NCBI GenBank assembly: GCA_964434285.1
Contig: CAYSUJ010000004.1
Span: 18,732 to 82,731 of the forward strand
Length of the DNA stretch: 64,000 bases
Reading direction: 5' to 3'
Source: an uncultured Candidatus Saccharibacteria bacterium
Lineage (GTDB): Bacteria; Patescibacteriota; Minisyncoccia; Phycocordibacterales; UBA2100
This document shows positions 47,540-57,306 of this stretch, in pieces. Position 1 is the first letter of the stretch; each line of letters begins with the position of its first letter. Both the position numbers and the translations under genes were made by a program. The notes below the pieces were generated by a model, which worked only from the letters and a program-made list of their open reading frames with translations, had not been told where the DNA came from and did no database searches.

Positions 47540-47776
47540 CTATTTTTGTCTTTGCGCTATTTTTGCTTTGATGGCCGCATCATCAAGGTGCACAAAGTAA
47601 TTGTTGGACAATTTTTTATAGAGTGAGGATCTGAACTGACGATTCGGAAACAATATTTTTTCAAACTTATGTTCCTCGATGAGGAAATCGACAAGCATTT
47701 TATAATCGCCGTCTCCCGAAACGAGCACAACCTTATCGAATGGATCGCCCTTGTACAGCCGTATGAAGCACGTCAT
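47540..47776 (-). pseudogene. C-terminal fragment of an NYN/LabA-like domain protein
   Basis: ...VVLVSGDGDYKMLVDFL...; the N-terminal half of the domain is absent. Confidence 0.45.
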
Positions 47777-47812
47777 CTATTCTTTTGAACGCGTTCTCAA
47801 ACATGCGCCCAT

Positions 47813-47877
47813 CCTACCCTCAAAATGAAGAAACGCCACCTCCTCCGCGCCTCTAGATTCACTTGATTTTCAGCGAG
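47813..47877 (-). repeat. conserved leader element, copy 1 (shared with 49290-49355; partial copy at about 48548-48580)
   Basis: About 95% identical over 65 nt. On the minus strand it contains GGAGGAGG plus GTG GCG TTT CTT CAT TTx, i.e. a ribosome-binding site and the first codons MAFL(H/R)(F/L). Confidence 0.6.
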
Positions 47878-47966
47878 CGTCCGTTATGATTGATCGTATC
47901 TTCCAGTCAGCAATGACTGAAAGGGTACTACATCCAAGGGTGGCCCTCCGAAAGGAGGGCCACTTT

Positions 47967-48566
47967 TCATTTGGGTCGCCTTTTGAGTTCGGTGCCCCAG
48001 ATATCATCCGAGATATCGAGAACGTCCGTGTAGCCATCGCTTCCTGTTCTGAGCTCGTGCGATACATTGTTCTTCGATGAGAAAACGTAGACCTTTTTCC
48101 CTCCGGTGCGGAGATATGAGATGAGTGCAAGAAAATCGGAATCGCCAGTGAAAAATACAGCTGTACCGTAGGTGTCTCGATGGTGCATGGCGTCAATGGT
48201 CATCTCCACGTCCATGTTCCCTTTTTCTTCAATAAGGTCGCCCTCCTCCGCGTGGACGAGAATGCGCTTGAGCTCTTTCTTTCTCACAATAAAACCAAGT
48301 CCTTTCTTCAAGTACGTGTAGAAATTATGCTTCTGCCGCAGGCTATACGAGCGGGTCCCCTCCTTCGGATACGCAGTGTAGAAGAATATCCGGACAACTT
48401 TGGGCGCGAACTTCTTCTGAAGATAGTTCCGCAGTTTCTCGTAATCGAATACTCTCCCTTTTGATTTCTGGGCAGCCCACACATTGGAAGCATCTATAAA
48501 AACAGCCACACTATCCTCCATGAGCTTCATGAAAGAATATGGTACCCCAAAACGAAGAAACGCCAC
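47967..48566 (-). CDS. NYN-domain (LabA-like, PIN-fold) protein
   Basis: VAVFIDASNVW...GNMDVEMTIDAM...VFFTGDSDFLAL. Its GTG start overlaps the HAD stop as TAGTG. Confidence 0.6.
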   Translation of the reverse strand: MAFLRFGVPYSFMKLMEDSVAVFIDASNVWAAQKSKGRVFDYEKLRNYLQKKFAPKVVRIFFYTAYPKEGTRSYSLRQKHNFYTYLKKGLGFIVRKKELKRILVHAEEGDLIEEKGNMDVEMTIDAMHHRDTYGTAVFFTGDSDFLALISYLRTGGKKVYVFSSKNNVSHELRTGSDGYTDVLDISDDIWGTELKRRPK

Positions 48567-49306
48567 TAGATTGCTTGGGATGCGAAATACTCTTCCACCG
48601 CACCTGGAAGTTCGTGGGGATGGTCGATGATTTTGAAGGGATTCCCATTCTCGAGGCGCTGGTGCTCGTGGAAACCCCAGCTGACCCCGATCGCGCCGAC
48701 GCCTGCTGCTGTTGCTTCTCGGATGTCGCCCAGCGTATCGGTAACAAAGAGGCAGTGTTCTGGCGCAAGCTCGTAGCGCTCGAAGAGCATGTGCATCTTT
48801 TCGACTTTGCTCGGGTGGACGTCGTTGCCAAAGACGTCTTCAAAATACTGTGCGGCGTCGTGTTTTTTAAGGAATGACATCACCGGACTTGAGATGTTCG
48901 ATGAGATGATGGCCATGCGATAGTGTGCCGAGAGATCGTGGAGTGCGCGAATGATGCCCGGAAATGGATGCGCACGCTCGAACAGTGGCACATAGTTCTC
49001 CCACCAATCAAGATCGTGGCTGCATTGCGTGTGGTCGCGTTCGTCGTGTGGGAGGCGCGCATCATTGATGTTCCCCTCAAAATAGGAACGGTAGCGCTCT
49101 TCTGTCTCGTACTGGCAGACCTTTCGCGCAGTGCCGTACGCAGCAAAAAAGGAATCAACGATGACACCGTCGAAATCAAAGAATACGCATTTTCTGTCGT
49201 CGCGGGGCACGGCGTAATAGTAGCCGACTGGCCAAAATGGCGCCATTTGATCCAGTAACCGACATAGCTCCCTTGCAGAGCGCAGTATCAAATGAAGAAA
49301 CGCCAC
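48566..49306 (-). CDS. HAD-superfamily hydrolase
   Basis: DxD motif FFDFDGVIVDS. The N-terminal MAFLHL is encoded by the repeated leader element. Confidence 0.6.
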   Translation of the reverse strand: MAFLHLILRSARELCRLLDQMAPFWPVGYYYAVPRDDRKCVFFDFDGVIVDSFFAAYGTARKVCQYETEERYRSYFEGNINDARLPHDERDHTQCSHDLDWWENYVPLFERAHPFPGIIRALHDLSAHYRMAIISSNISSPVMSFLKKHDAAQYFEDVFGNDVHPSKVEKMHMLFERYELAPEHCLFVTDTLGDIREATAAGVGAIGVSWGFHEHQRLENGNPFKIIDHPHELPGAVEEYFASQAI

Positions 49307-49355
49307 CTCCTCCGCGCCCCTAGATTCACTTGATTTTTAGCGAGCGTTCGTTATA
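49290..49355 (-). repeat. conserved leader element, copy 2
   Basis: See copy 1. Confidence 0.6.
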
Positions 49356-49417
49356 CTACTCCTATCACTACGAAAGGGACCCTTGTACGGATTCGTCCGT
49401 ACCGGGGGCCTTTTCAT

Positions 49418-49966
49418 TTAATGGTAGCCGAGTTTATGCTTTACCTCCTGTAAATATACGATTGGCACACCCGTTCGTTTCAATAAGATCGAACAGCGTT
49501 TAATGGGTGCGGGGGATACGATCGTACAGTCGACGTTCTTTTCCTGCCAAAATTTAACAAGCGAAGAGTAATCGCCATCGCTAGACACCATTACAACAGA
49601 CGTGACACCGCCCTCGAAATGGTCCCTTGCCGCTTTCAGCACCAAATCAGCGTCACAATTCCCCTTTGCCTTTCCGTCTCCATCGTAAACAACTTCTTTG
49701 AAGATAAATTTGTAACCAGAGTTCTGCAGTGACGTATATAGCCCCGCATTTTTGGGCATGAGACCGATAAAAAGTAGGGCTTCCTCCACTCCAAATTTTT
49801 GCCGAATCCATGAGCGAAACTTGCGATAGTCGAGCTTCCATTTCTCAGATTCAATTCCTTTGTGAAGATTTGCACCGTCGATATAGGCAATCGTTTTTTG
49901 CGCGCCCCCGAACATGCATGAAATTGTATGCTGAAATACCCGAAAATCCACTGTGGACTGGGTCAA
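49418..49966 (-). CDS. NYN-domain (LabA-like) protein, divergent paralog
   Basis: IAYIDGANL...GNCDADLVL...VMVSSDGDYSSLV. Confidence 0.55.
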   Translation of the reverse strand: MTQSTVDFRVFQHTISCMFGGAQKTIAYIDGANLHKGIESEKWKLDYRKFRSWIRQKFGVEEALLFIGLMPKNAGLYTSLQNSGYKFIFKEVVYDGDGKAKGNCDADLVLKAARDHFEGGVTSVVMVSSDGDYSSLVKFWQEKNVDCTIVSPAPIKRCSILLKRTGVPIVYLQEVKHKLGYH

Positions 49967-49993
49967 ATGGCGCCATTTGACCCAGTCGCTCTT

Positions 49994-50587
49994 TCAGAGC
50001 GGCTCGTAAGTCGGCTGCTTGGCATGCCCTACCCTGCGCAACTTGGCTTCTACGACGAGCTGATTCAGATAACGCTGGGCGGTGGAATCGGAGACGCGAA
50101 GCAGCTTTTCGACGTCGTCGTTTTTGATTTTTCGTTTTTTGGCAGCGAGCTGCAGGATTTTGTCGAGGCGGGCGCGCTTGCGGAAGCGAATGGCTTCGAG
50201 CGCTTCGCCGAGGCGACTCCGAATGGAAGTGTCGGGAATTGGTGGGGTGGCAGGGGTGGCTGGTTGAGAGGCCGCGGGGGTGGCCGCCGAGGATACGGCG
50301 GCTTTTTCTGTTGGAGCAGGGGTTGGTGGCGGAGTTGGCGCGGAATCTGAAACGGGGGGTGGTTCTGGCTGCGGTGAAGCGGGGGTGGAGTCTGAAACAG
50401 GAGCCGGAGACGCCTCGGGCGTCTCCGGCTCCACTGGAATCTCAATTTCTGGGAGCGGCACTGGTTCAGGCTCGGTGACTGGCGCTACTTCAGAAGAAGA
50501 GGCGCTTACGACTTCAGGCGCACTCTCAGCCGGCGGCGAAGCCGCCGGCACTTCTGCACCCACTTCTTCCCCATCACTCATGCACAA
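49994..50587 (-). CDS. protein with a Pro/Ala/Ser/Glu-rich disordered N-terminus and a C-terminal winged-helix HTH
   Basis: The C-terminus KIKNDDVEKLLRVSDSTAQRYLNQLVVEAKLRRVG looks like a DNA-binding helix-turn-helix. Confidence 0.4.
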   Translation of the reverse strand: MCMSDGEEVGAEVPAASPPAESAPEVVSASSSEVAPVTEPEPVPLPEIEIPVEPETPEASPAPVSDSTPASPQPEPPPVSDSAPTPPPTPAPTEKAAVSSAATPAASQPATPATPPIPDTSIRSRLGEALEAIRFRKRARLDKILQLAAKKRKIKNDDVEKLLRVSDSTAQRYLNQLVVEAKLRRVGHAKQPTYEPL

Positions 50588-50601
50588 AGAATACTACACA
50601 C

Positions 50602-50901
50602 CTATGCACCCACTCCCACATCGTGCGGATTCAACCCAACACTTTCATATACACGTGATGGAATGAGTGAAAGCGCGTACGAAATGACGAGCACTATCAC
50701 GGCAATGTCATCGATCTGGCCAAAGAAGAGCGCAAGATCGGGAATGAAATCGAGCGGCATGAGCACATACACGACCGCAGCGAGCAAAAGCGCCTTCGCA
50801 AGAAAAGGCGTCTCGGCATGCTGAAACAATCGGAACGTGCGCACCGGATGCAAAAGAAGCATACGGAGCTTCCAGATGAGTGCCACGTGTTTTGCCTGCA
50901 T
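50602..50901 (-). CDS. DUF1232 (YkvA-like) membrane protein
   Basis: YVLMPLDFIPDLALFFGQIDDIAVIVL. Confidence 0.5.
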   Translation of the reverse strand: MQAKHVALIWKLRMLLLHPVRTFRLFQHAETPFLAKALLLAAVVYVLMPLDFIPDLALFFGQIDDIAVIVLVISYALSLIPSRVYESVGLNPHDVGVGA

Positions 50902-50906
50902 ATATT

Positions 50907-51332
50907 CTAGGAGAGACTTTCCGCATGCTTCTTGAAATTATCCAAGATCGATTGCCAGCCAGCTTTTTGCATCTCGATGGGATTCTCGTTTTCGGGATCG
51001 AACATCACTTTCACATGTGTTGAATTCCCAAGTTCCTCAAACATAACGACTGCCTTCCGCTTATCCTCTCCGTCCATAGTGTAGGCAATCTTTTTGTGAG
51101 GAATCACTTCATCGTAGGTGCCGGAAAAATCAAAGCCTGCACTATCGTCTTTCGCCTGCATGCGGGTCAGAAAACCTCCGCCCGTGCGCAGATCGTTCGT
51201 TGCACGCGGCGCGTACCAACTTTGATCGGCAAACGCCCACTTCACAATGTGCTCTGGCTTCGTGTAGGCATCCCACACTCTCTCAATGTTTTCATTCACC
51301 ATCGTATCAACGACTATGTGTTCCATATGCAA
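50907..51332 (-). CDS. SRPBCC / AHSA1-like (START-fold) protein
   Basis: The sequence pattern resembles AHSA1/Activator of Hsp90 ATPase family proteins. Confidence 0.5.
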   Translation of the reverse strand: MHMEHIVVDTMVNENIERVWDAYTKPEHIVKWAFADQSWYAPRATNDLRTGGGFLTRMQAKDDSAGFDFSGTYDEVIPHKKIAYTMDGEDKRKAVVMFEELGNSTHVKVMFDPENENPIEMQKAGWQSILDNFKKHAESLS

Positions 51333-51346
51333 AGAGTATACACGCG

Positions 51347-52000
51347 TTACGAAAGCGCCGAGCGCACTTCTTCTGTGGCTCGCTCTATGAGAGAAGGATC
51401 GTCATCGTCGACTTCGTGCATGTCGTTCGCCGCTTCATTGATGCCGCCCTCAGCAAGAGTGGTGAGCGCCTCGTTTGCCGCCTCTTCCTCATCAAGGGTT
51501 TCTTGTAGGAGCTGCGCCACTTCGTCGTGACCCATTTCCTCGGCCCATGCGCGTGCCGCCCCATACCCCGCCATTTCATAGTGCTCCACGTATTGTGCGG
51601 CCGCAATCAGTAAGGCGTCGCGCGCTTTCGCATCTTTCACGTTCTTCATGCCCCACTCAGCGTCTTTAACCAAGCCGTCAATAGCGGCTGATTTTTCCGA
51701 GCTCTTTCCTTTGTGCGCCAATAGCTGCAGGGCTTTTTCCAAGCGCTCTCTCTGCACGCGCGTCTCCGCGAGGTGGGATCTGAACGCCTCCTTTAATTCG
51801 ATGGCGGAGGCTGCTTTTTCCATCTTAGGCAGTGCTTTGATGAGCACGCTTTCCACATAATGCAACGCACGAATCTTGAGAATCAAAAGCTCATGCAGCG
51901 TGGCGTATGAATGTGATGCGCGCGCGTCTTTCATAGAGTACTCTCTGTATAGCGTACGCACCATGAACTGGCCGTGAACTGCGGCATTCACGTTTTTCAC
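51347..52000 (-). CDS. DUF892 / YciE-YciF ferritin-like stress protein (the start is probably internal)
   Basis: Helical bundle. HELLILKIRALHYVESVLIKALPKM... Confidence 0.5.
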   Translation of the reverse strand: MKNVNAAVHGQFMVRTLYREYSMKDARASHSYATLHELLILKIRALHYVESVLIKALPKMEKAASAIELKEAFRSHLAETRVQRERLEKALQLLAHKGKSSEKSAAIDGLVKDAEWGMKNVKDAKARDALLIAAAQYVEHYEMAGYGAARAWAEEMGHDEVAQLLQETLDEEEAANEALTTLAEGGINEAANDMHEVDDDDPSLIERATEEVRSALS

Positions 52001-52062
52001 TACACGAAAGGGCGCGATTCACTCGCGCCCTCTCCTCTACTCACCGCAACTCACGCGCGAGC

Positions 52063-52401
52063 TTACATCTCCCCCACTTCCATCACCTCAATCCAACCAC
52101 CCGGCATCATTTTGAAGTGCGGACTGTCCTGCATTTTTTTGGCAGCCTCCTCGTGGGATCCTGCCTCAATGATCGAATAGCCGCCTATCTCATTGCGCAT
52201 TGGTTCCACGCCGTCAGTCGTGACTTTCATCGTTTTTCCTAGCGGCGCACCCATGTCGACGACCCCTCCCTTTGCCCTCATCCACTCTGTCCACTCCTCC
52301 ATTGATTTTTTCATCTCCTCAGGAGACATCTTTGGCATGTCGGCCATAGCCTTTTTAAAATCACCCTCGCTCGCCATGTAGAGCACAACAAATTTTTTCA
52401 T
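52063..52401 (-). CDS. small alpha+beta protein (YciI/DUF1428-like)
   Basis: 112 aa. The family assignment is weak. Confidence 0.35.
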   Translation of the reverse strand: MKKFVVLYMASEGDFKKAMADMPKMSPEEMKKSMEEWTEWMRAKGGVVDMGAPLGKTMKVTTDGVEPMRNEIGGYSIIEAGSHEEAAKKMQDSPHFKMMPGGWIEVMEVGEM

Positions 52402-52410
52402 ACGTATTGA

Positions 52411-53298
52411 TTATTTTAGATGCTTGTTAAGAAACGCGACAGTCTTCATCCACGCATCGGCCGTTTCTGCCGGGGCGTGATTGGGGTTGGAAGGGTTCGC
52501 GAATGCGTGCCCGACGCCCGGATACATATAAATCTCGTTATCAATACCGAGCGTATTGAGCGAATCCTCGAATGTTTTTACGGTTGTTGTGGGGATCGCC
52601 TGATCGGCGTCTCCGAAGACGCCCATGACCGGCCACTTGATCGGCGCGAGCTGCGCTGTCGTCGTTGCCATGCCGCCGCCGTAATAGACGACCGTCGCGT
52701 CGAGTGGCTCTCCGGAAATTGCGAGATTCACCGACTGTCTGCCGCCGAAGCACCAGCCCCATGATCCCACTTTGGTTGCGCCCTGCGTGCGCAGATACTG
52801 CGCGGCCGCGCGCATGTTGGCCGTACCCGTCGTCTGATTGAATTGCGCCGTCTTCGCGCGCGCCTCCTCCTGCGTCTCGAGCACGTCGCCCTCGAAGAGA
52901 TCGACGGCGAGCACCATGTAGCCCTCGCGCGCGAGGTCTTCGGCAGCCTGCTTGATTTCTGGCCGGAGTCCGCGGTTTTCGTGGATCATCACGACACCCG
53001 GAAAGGTGCCGCTTCCTTCAGGGCGCACAAAGTAGCCCTGCGCGCCTTCATAGTAGGAAACGGTGTTGCCCGCGACCACATCGCCGGATGTTGAGGTGCC
53101 CATGCCCGCACCCTGCGGAGCGGGAGCCTGACTATCGTTTTGCATATAAAGCCAATATCCACCACCTAGAATAATGACGAGCGCCACAACGATACCGGGT
53201 AGAGAGCTCATGTATGCAGTATGCCATATGATTATGAAGATGGGAGGAAGAGAGGGGCACGAAAAATCCGCCCCTAGGGGCGGATTTTTCGTGCACAT
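52411..53298 (-). CDS. dienelactone hydrolase-family protein with an N-terminal membrane anchor
   Basis: VMIHENRGLRPEIKQAAEDLAREGYMVLAVDLFEG...GWCFGG. Confidence 0.6.
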   Translation of the reverse strand: MCTKNPPLGADFSCPSLPPIFIIIWHTAYMSSLPGIVVALVIILGGGYWLYMQNDSQAPAPQGAGMGTSTSGDVVAGNTVSYYEGAQGYFVRPEGSGTFPGVVMIHENRGLRPEIKQAAEDLAREGYMVLAVDLFEGDVLETQEEARAKTAQFNQTTGTANMRAAAQYLRTQGATKVGSWGWCFGGRQSVNLAISGEPLDATVVYYGGGMATTTAQLAPIKWPVMGVFGDADQAIPTTTVKTFEDSLNTLGIDNEIYMYPGVGHAFANPSNPNHAPAETADAWMKTVAFLNKHLK

Positions 53299-53313
53299 CT
53301 CTGCGCTAAGAAA

Positions 53314-54513
53314 CTAGGCTGTGATCTTCGTCACGACACCTGCACCCACCGTCTTACCACCCTCGCGGATAGCAAAGCGCTGCTGCTCTTCCATAGCGAT
53401 TGGGCCCACGAGCTTGACCTTGAAGGTCACTGTGTCGCCCGGCATCACCATTTCCACACCCTCCTTAAGTGTCACTTCGCCCGTCACGTCCGTGGTGCGG
53501 ATGTAGAACTGTGGCTTGTAACCCGTGAAGAATGGCGTGTGACGGCCACCCTCTTCCTTGGTGAGGATGTACACCTCGGATTCAAACTCCGTGTGTGGCT
53601 TCACCGTGCCTGTCTTTGCAAGCACCTGACCGCGGTGCACGTCTTCCTTCTTGAGACCGCGAAGAAGAACGCCCGCGTTGTCGCCGGCCTGACCCTGCTG
53701 GAGGGACTTGTTGAACATTTCAACGCCGGTGACGGTTGTCTTCACCGTATCTTTGATACCGATGATCTCGACCTCTTCGCCGACCTTCACAATGCCGCGG
53801 TCGATACGACCCGTAACAACGGTGCCGCGACCTTCGATCGAGAAGACGTCTTCGATTGCCATAAGGAATGGCTTGTCGAGCTCACGCACAGGCTCTGGAA
53901 TGTATTCATCAAGTGCCTTGATGAGTTCCATCACCTTGCCCGACCACTCGTTGCCCTGCTCAGGATTCTCGAGCGCCTTAAGGCCCGAACCGCGGATGAT
54001 TGGCGCGTTCTTGCCGTCAAAGCCCTGCTTGTCCAAGAGATCGCGCACTTCCTCTTCGACGAGATCGACGAGCTCTTTGTCGTCAACCATGTCGACCTTG
54101 TTGAGGAAAACCACGATCTTCGGCACGCCCACCTGCTTTGCAAGAAGGATGTGCTCGCGTGTCTGAGGCATCACGCCGTCAGTTGCGGCAACCACGAGGA
54201 TAGCGCCGTCCATCTGAGCGGCACCCGTGATCATGTTCTTAATGTAGTCGGCGTGACCAGGCGCGTCGACGTGTGCGTAGTGACGCGTTGGCGTCTCGTA
54301 CTCAGAGTGCGAGAGCGAGATCGTAATACCGCGTGCCTTTTCTTCAGGCGCCTTGTCGATATCATCGACCCCCTTCGTCTGCGCACCATAGCCATTGCCC
54401 GCCTTCGAAAGGACGTTCAAGATAGCTGCGGTAAGCGTTGTCTTGCCGTGGTCAACGTGACCGATGGTACCAACGTTCACGTGCGGCTTAGTTCGCTGAA
54501 ATTCTCCTGCCAT
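53314..54513 (-). CDS. tuf: elongation factor Tu
   Basis: [13 protein letters not shown]...DAPGHADY...NKVD. Confidence 0.95.
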   Translation of the reverse strand: MAGEFQRTKPHVNVGTIGHVDHGKTTLTAAILNVLSKAGNGYGAQTKGVDDIDKAPEEKARGITISLSHSEYETPTRHYAHVDAPGHADYIKNMITGAAQMDGAILVVAATDGVMPQTREHILLAKQVGVPKIVVFLNKVDMVDDKELVDLVEEEVRDLLDKQGFDGKNAPIIRGSGLKALENPEQGNEWSGKVMELIKALDEYIPEPVRELDKPFLMAIEDVFSIEGRGTVVTGRIDRGIVKVGEEVEIIGIKDTVKTTVTGVEMFNKSLQQGQAGDNAGVLLRGLKKEDVHRGQVLAKTGTVKPHTEFESEVYILTKEEGGRHTPFFTGYKPQFYIRTTDVTGEVTLKEGVEMVMPGDTVTFKVKLVGPIAMEEQQRFAIREGGKTVGAGVVTKITA

Positions 54514-54782
54514 ATGAATAGTTCTTAGTAATTAGCCAAGCCACAAGGGCCGGACGCTTATAAGTTGCCAACGCGTTCGAGGGCTCTGGGTATTGCTCTA
54601 TCGAGGCTCTTTTTGCTTCATGCGGGTCGCTAATCCGCACAAAAAGAATCGATGAAGGAATACCAACCCGCTAGTAAGCGAGCGCACAGAGCATGCGCAA
54701 AAATATGGTAACAAATCTGCGTGGAGCGTCAAGAAACGACTCATTTCAGTTCACGAGTTTTGAACCACTCGCAGAGAACTCC

Positions 54783-55789
54783 TTACCACGTTGCGACCGC
54801 GCAAGAGCCCGCTCCGCCGGCGCGGTTCGGGGCACCTCCCCCTCCGTCGGGCTGCATACCCACTTGATTGTAGCCACCACCGCTTTCACCAAATTGGGAT
54901 ACTCCCCCGAGCGCACCAGCGTAATTCCCAGCACCCCCACCGCCGCCGTAGACAGATGCGCCGGCACTTGTGCCTCCACTACCACCACCGCCATGATAAT
55001 AACCCGAACCTGCTGTACAGCCACCAACAGATGGATTTGTCACTCCTTCTCCGCCACCTGAGTAACATATTAAAACAACCCCATTCTCACTCTGTGTCGT
55101 TTCTCTTGCCAAACGCGGCTCTCCTGGCAATGCAAAATTACTCCCTGTGTTGCCCGCAGAAAGCGGCCCTCCACCGCTGCCACCAACCGCAGCCCACGAA
55201 CTCGCTCCACCTCCCCCGCCTCCATAGGCCGTCAGGTACGAACCGAAACTGGATGTGCCCCCAACAGCACCTGCGGATCCTCCTGCCCCAACTGTTACAG
55301 AAACCGATGTAGGGAGACCTGAAAGCGGCATAGTGCGTGACGAATAACCGCCTCCGCCGCCACCACGACATTCGATGAGCACCATCGTACCATTCGTCGG
55401 TTTCGTCCACGTACCCGATGCATTGAATACTTGATACGTACCAGTGCTCGTCACACTTGTCGAGGTCGCAATGGGTGCCCACGCGCCGCCATTGCTCTTC
55501 ACCTCCATCACGCCCGCATTGTCGCGAATGCCGTAGCCAGTTGTACCAGAGAGGGTACCGAAGTGAGATAGCGGGAAGTGCCGGAAAGAAGACTGTTTCC
55601 AAAAACCGCAAGCCCGTTCACTGAAAGACTCGCATTTTTAACCTGATTTGTTGTACCGACGTTCACGGGTGCGCTCACGTTGCCGTTTGGTGGCGCTTGC
55701 GTGGGGCCGGTCCAGGCGTGCGCGAACCCGACACCGAGGCCTACAAATACTAAACAGAAGACGAAAAAGGAACGGAGGGAGAGACCCAT
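54783..55789 (-). pseudogene. secreted tail-fibre-like protein with a Gly-rich C-terminal domain, split by a 1-bp frameshift into ORFs 55508-55789 and 54783-55511
   Basis: The N-terminal ~75 aa are identical to the N-terminus of the 57307-58155 ORF. Relative to that copy, one T is missing at about 55563. Confidence 0.5.
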
Positions 55790-56158
55790 AACGGTAGCGT
55801 AACCATTTTATGGTGTAAATCAAAGGGATCACTGTGTATTAGTATTACGTTCACATTGCTGTGCGCATTTTATTCGCCAGGCGCACATTTCAGCTATCTC
55901 TATCCATGAGATTGTGAATATCTGTAATGAAAGTACGAACGTCGTGAAAAAAGCTACAAATGTCTTCGGTCTAAAGACAAGTACTTACAAAAAGTGCTGT
56001 ATTCGGAGGTTGTGGGCATATCTGTCCAACTGGGCGTACCGTATAACATTGGCTTCCCACAGGGGGACAAGAACCTGTTGGTTGTGCCGGATTGCACTGT
56101 GGCATGTTGGGGGGGGGACATATCCCTGACCAACACAAGAGATCGTTTGTGGAGAAAA

Positions 56159-57304
56159 CTACGAGCCTGGCCCTCCACACTGAACCCCAGGCATACCAGG
56201 GTCGAAAATGTAACAAGCTGACTCGTGGGTGCTTACTGTTCCACCACAATACAATGCACGACCATCAGAGAGTGAAGACACAGAAGGCCCCATCGCATCC
56301 CAGGCATTTGGAGGGGTTGTGGTACTGACCGTGTTAGTAGCCGTATCATAGAGCTCGCAGGAAGGAGACCACCAACTAAATCTCCCGCAAATAAAGACTG
56401 ATCCGTTTTGTAATAAGGCGGCGGAGGAAAATACTCTTTCTCGAGTCAATTGAGATGTCGACGTCCACGAATTAGTAGATGGGTTATAACGTTCGCATTG
56501 GGTACTCCCGAGCGAGTCACCACACGCAAGGACCTCACCATTGGTTGTTGCAGCCATAGGGAATGCGGATCTTTCAACAGACATATGTGCACCCAAGGTC
56601 CATGTGTTATTCGCCGGAGAATAGATATCACACTGTGTTGTATATGTTGACCCATTGAGAGCTACTTGACCACCGCATGCAAGTACATTGTTATTGCCAA
56701 GGATAGCCATCCCAAAATTAGTACGAGGCAAGGGCATGTCGGCAACCCGAGTCCAGGTATTGGTGTTCTGGTCATACGTGTCACATCTCTTGCTAATTGA
56801 TCCATTATATCCTCCGCACGCCAAAATCTTTCCATTGGTAAGCGTTACCATAGACAACCCATACAGTGCTTCTGGGAGATTTGCAGCAGGAGACCAGCTG
56901 TCTGTGCTAACATCGTACACATCACATCGGCTATATATGGTTGAACTCGTACCACCGCATAAAAGTGTTTTACCATTTGTGAGAAGCACTGCTGCATGTT
57001 CACGTCTTCCTACTGGCATACTTGCCGCCGGAGACCAGCTATACGGAACCGCACAACATGCGCTGAGTGTCACTCCCGCCGGTTTGTTCGCACGAAACGC
57101 ACTCCACTCCCCTGCGGTGTTGGTGGGTACAAAATAACTCTTGCCATCAGTAGCGGTGACTTTCTGGCACACGCCATGTGCGTCGATGGTTACTTGGCTT
57201 GCACCAACCTGAAAGCCAGTTGTGAGAGTGTTGAGGGCGAGCAACATGACTGGAGAGGTGACGAGCACAACCCCCACCCATGTAATCAGACCGCGACGCT
57301 GCAT
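56159..57304 (-). CDS. secreted Kelch-repeat beta-propeller protein
   Basis: About six repeats of ...NGKxLxCGG...Y[DN]xxTNxWT. Confidence 0.6.
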   Translation of the reverse strand: MQRRGLITWVGVVLVTSPVMLLALNTLTTGFQVGASQVTIDAHGVCQKVTATDGKSYFVPTNTAGEWSAFRANKPAGVTLSACCAVPYSWSPAASMPVGRREHAAVLLTNGKTLLCGGTSSTIYSRCDVYDVSTDSWSPAANLPEALYGLSMVTLTNGKILACGGYNGSISKRCDTYDQNTNTWTRVADMPLPRTNFGMAILGNNNVLACGGQVALNGSTYTTQCDIYSPANNTWTLGAHMSVERSAFPMAATTNGEVLACGDSLGSTQCERYNPSTNSWTSTSQLTRERVFSSAALLQNGSVFICGRFSWWSPSCELYDTATNTVSTTTPPNAWDAMGPSVSSLSDGRALYCGGTVSTHESACYIFDPGMPGVQCGGPGS

Positions 57305-57306
57305 AC

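Noticed and set aside
47806-47962. Integron attC sites for the repeated elements in the NYN array
   Set aside because: No GTTRRRY / RYYYAAC core sites. The conserved part is a ribosome-binding site and start-codon leader rather than a 3' recombination site. I report it instead as a repeated leader element.
53539-54528. 329-aa plus-strand ORF
   Set aside because: Antisense of tuf.
54514-54782. Possible tRNA upstream of tuf (a GGTTCAAAACTC T-loop-like string)
   Set aside because: No acceptor stem, D arm or anticodon arm can be built around it. Not a tRNA.
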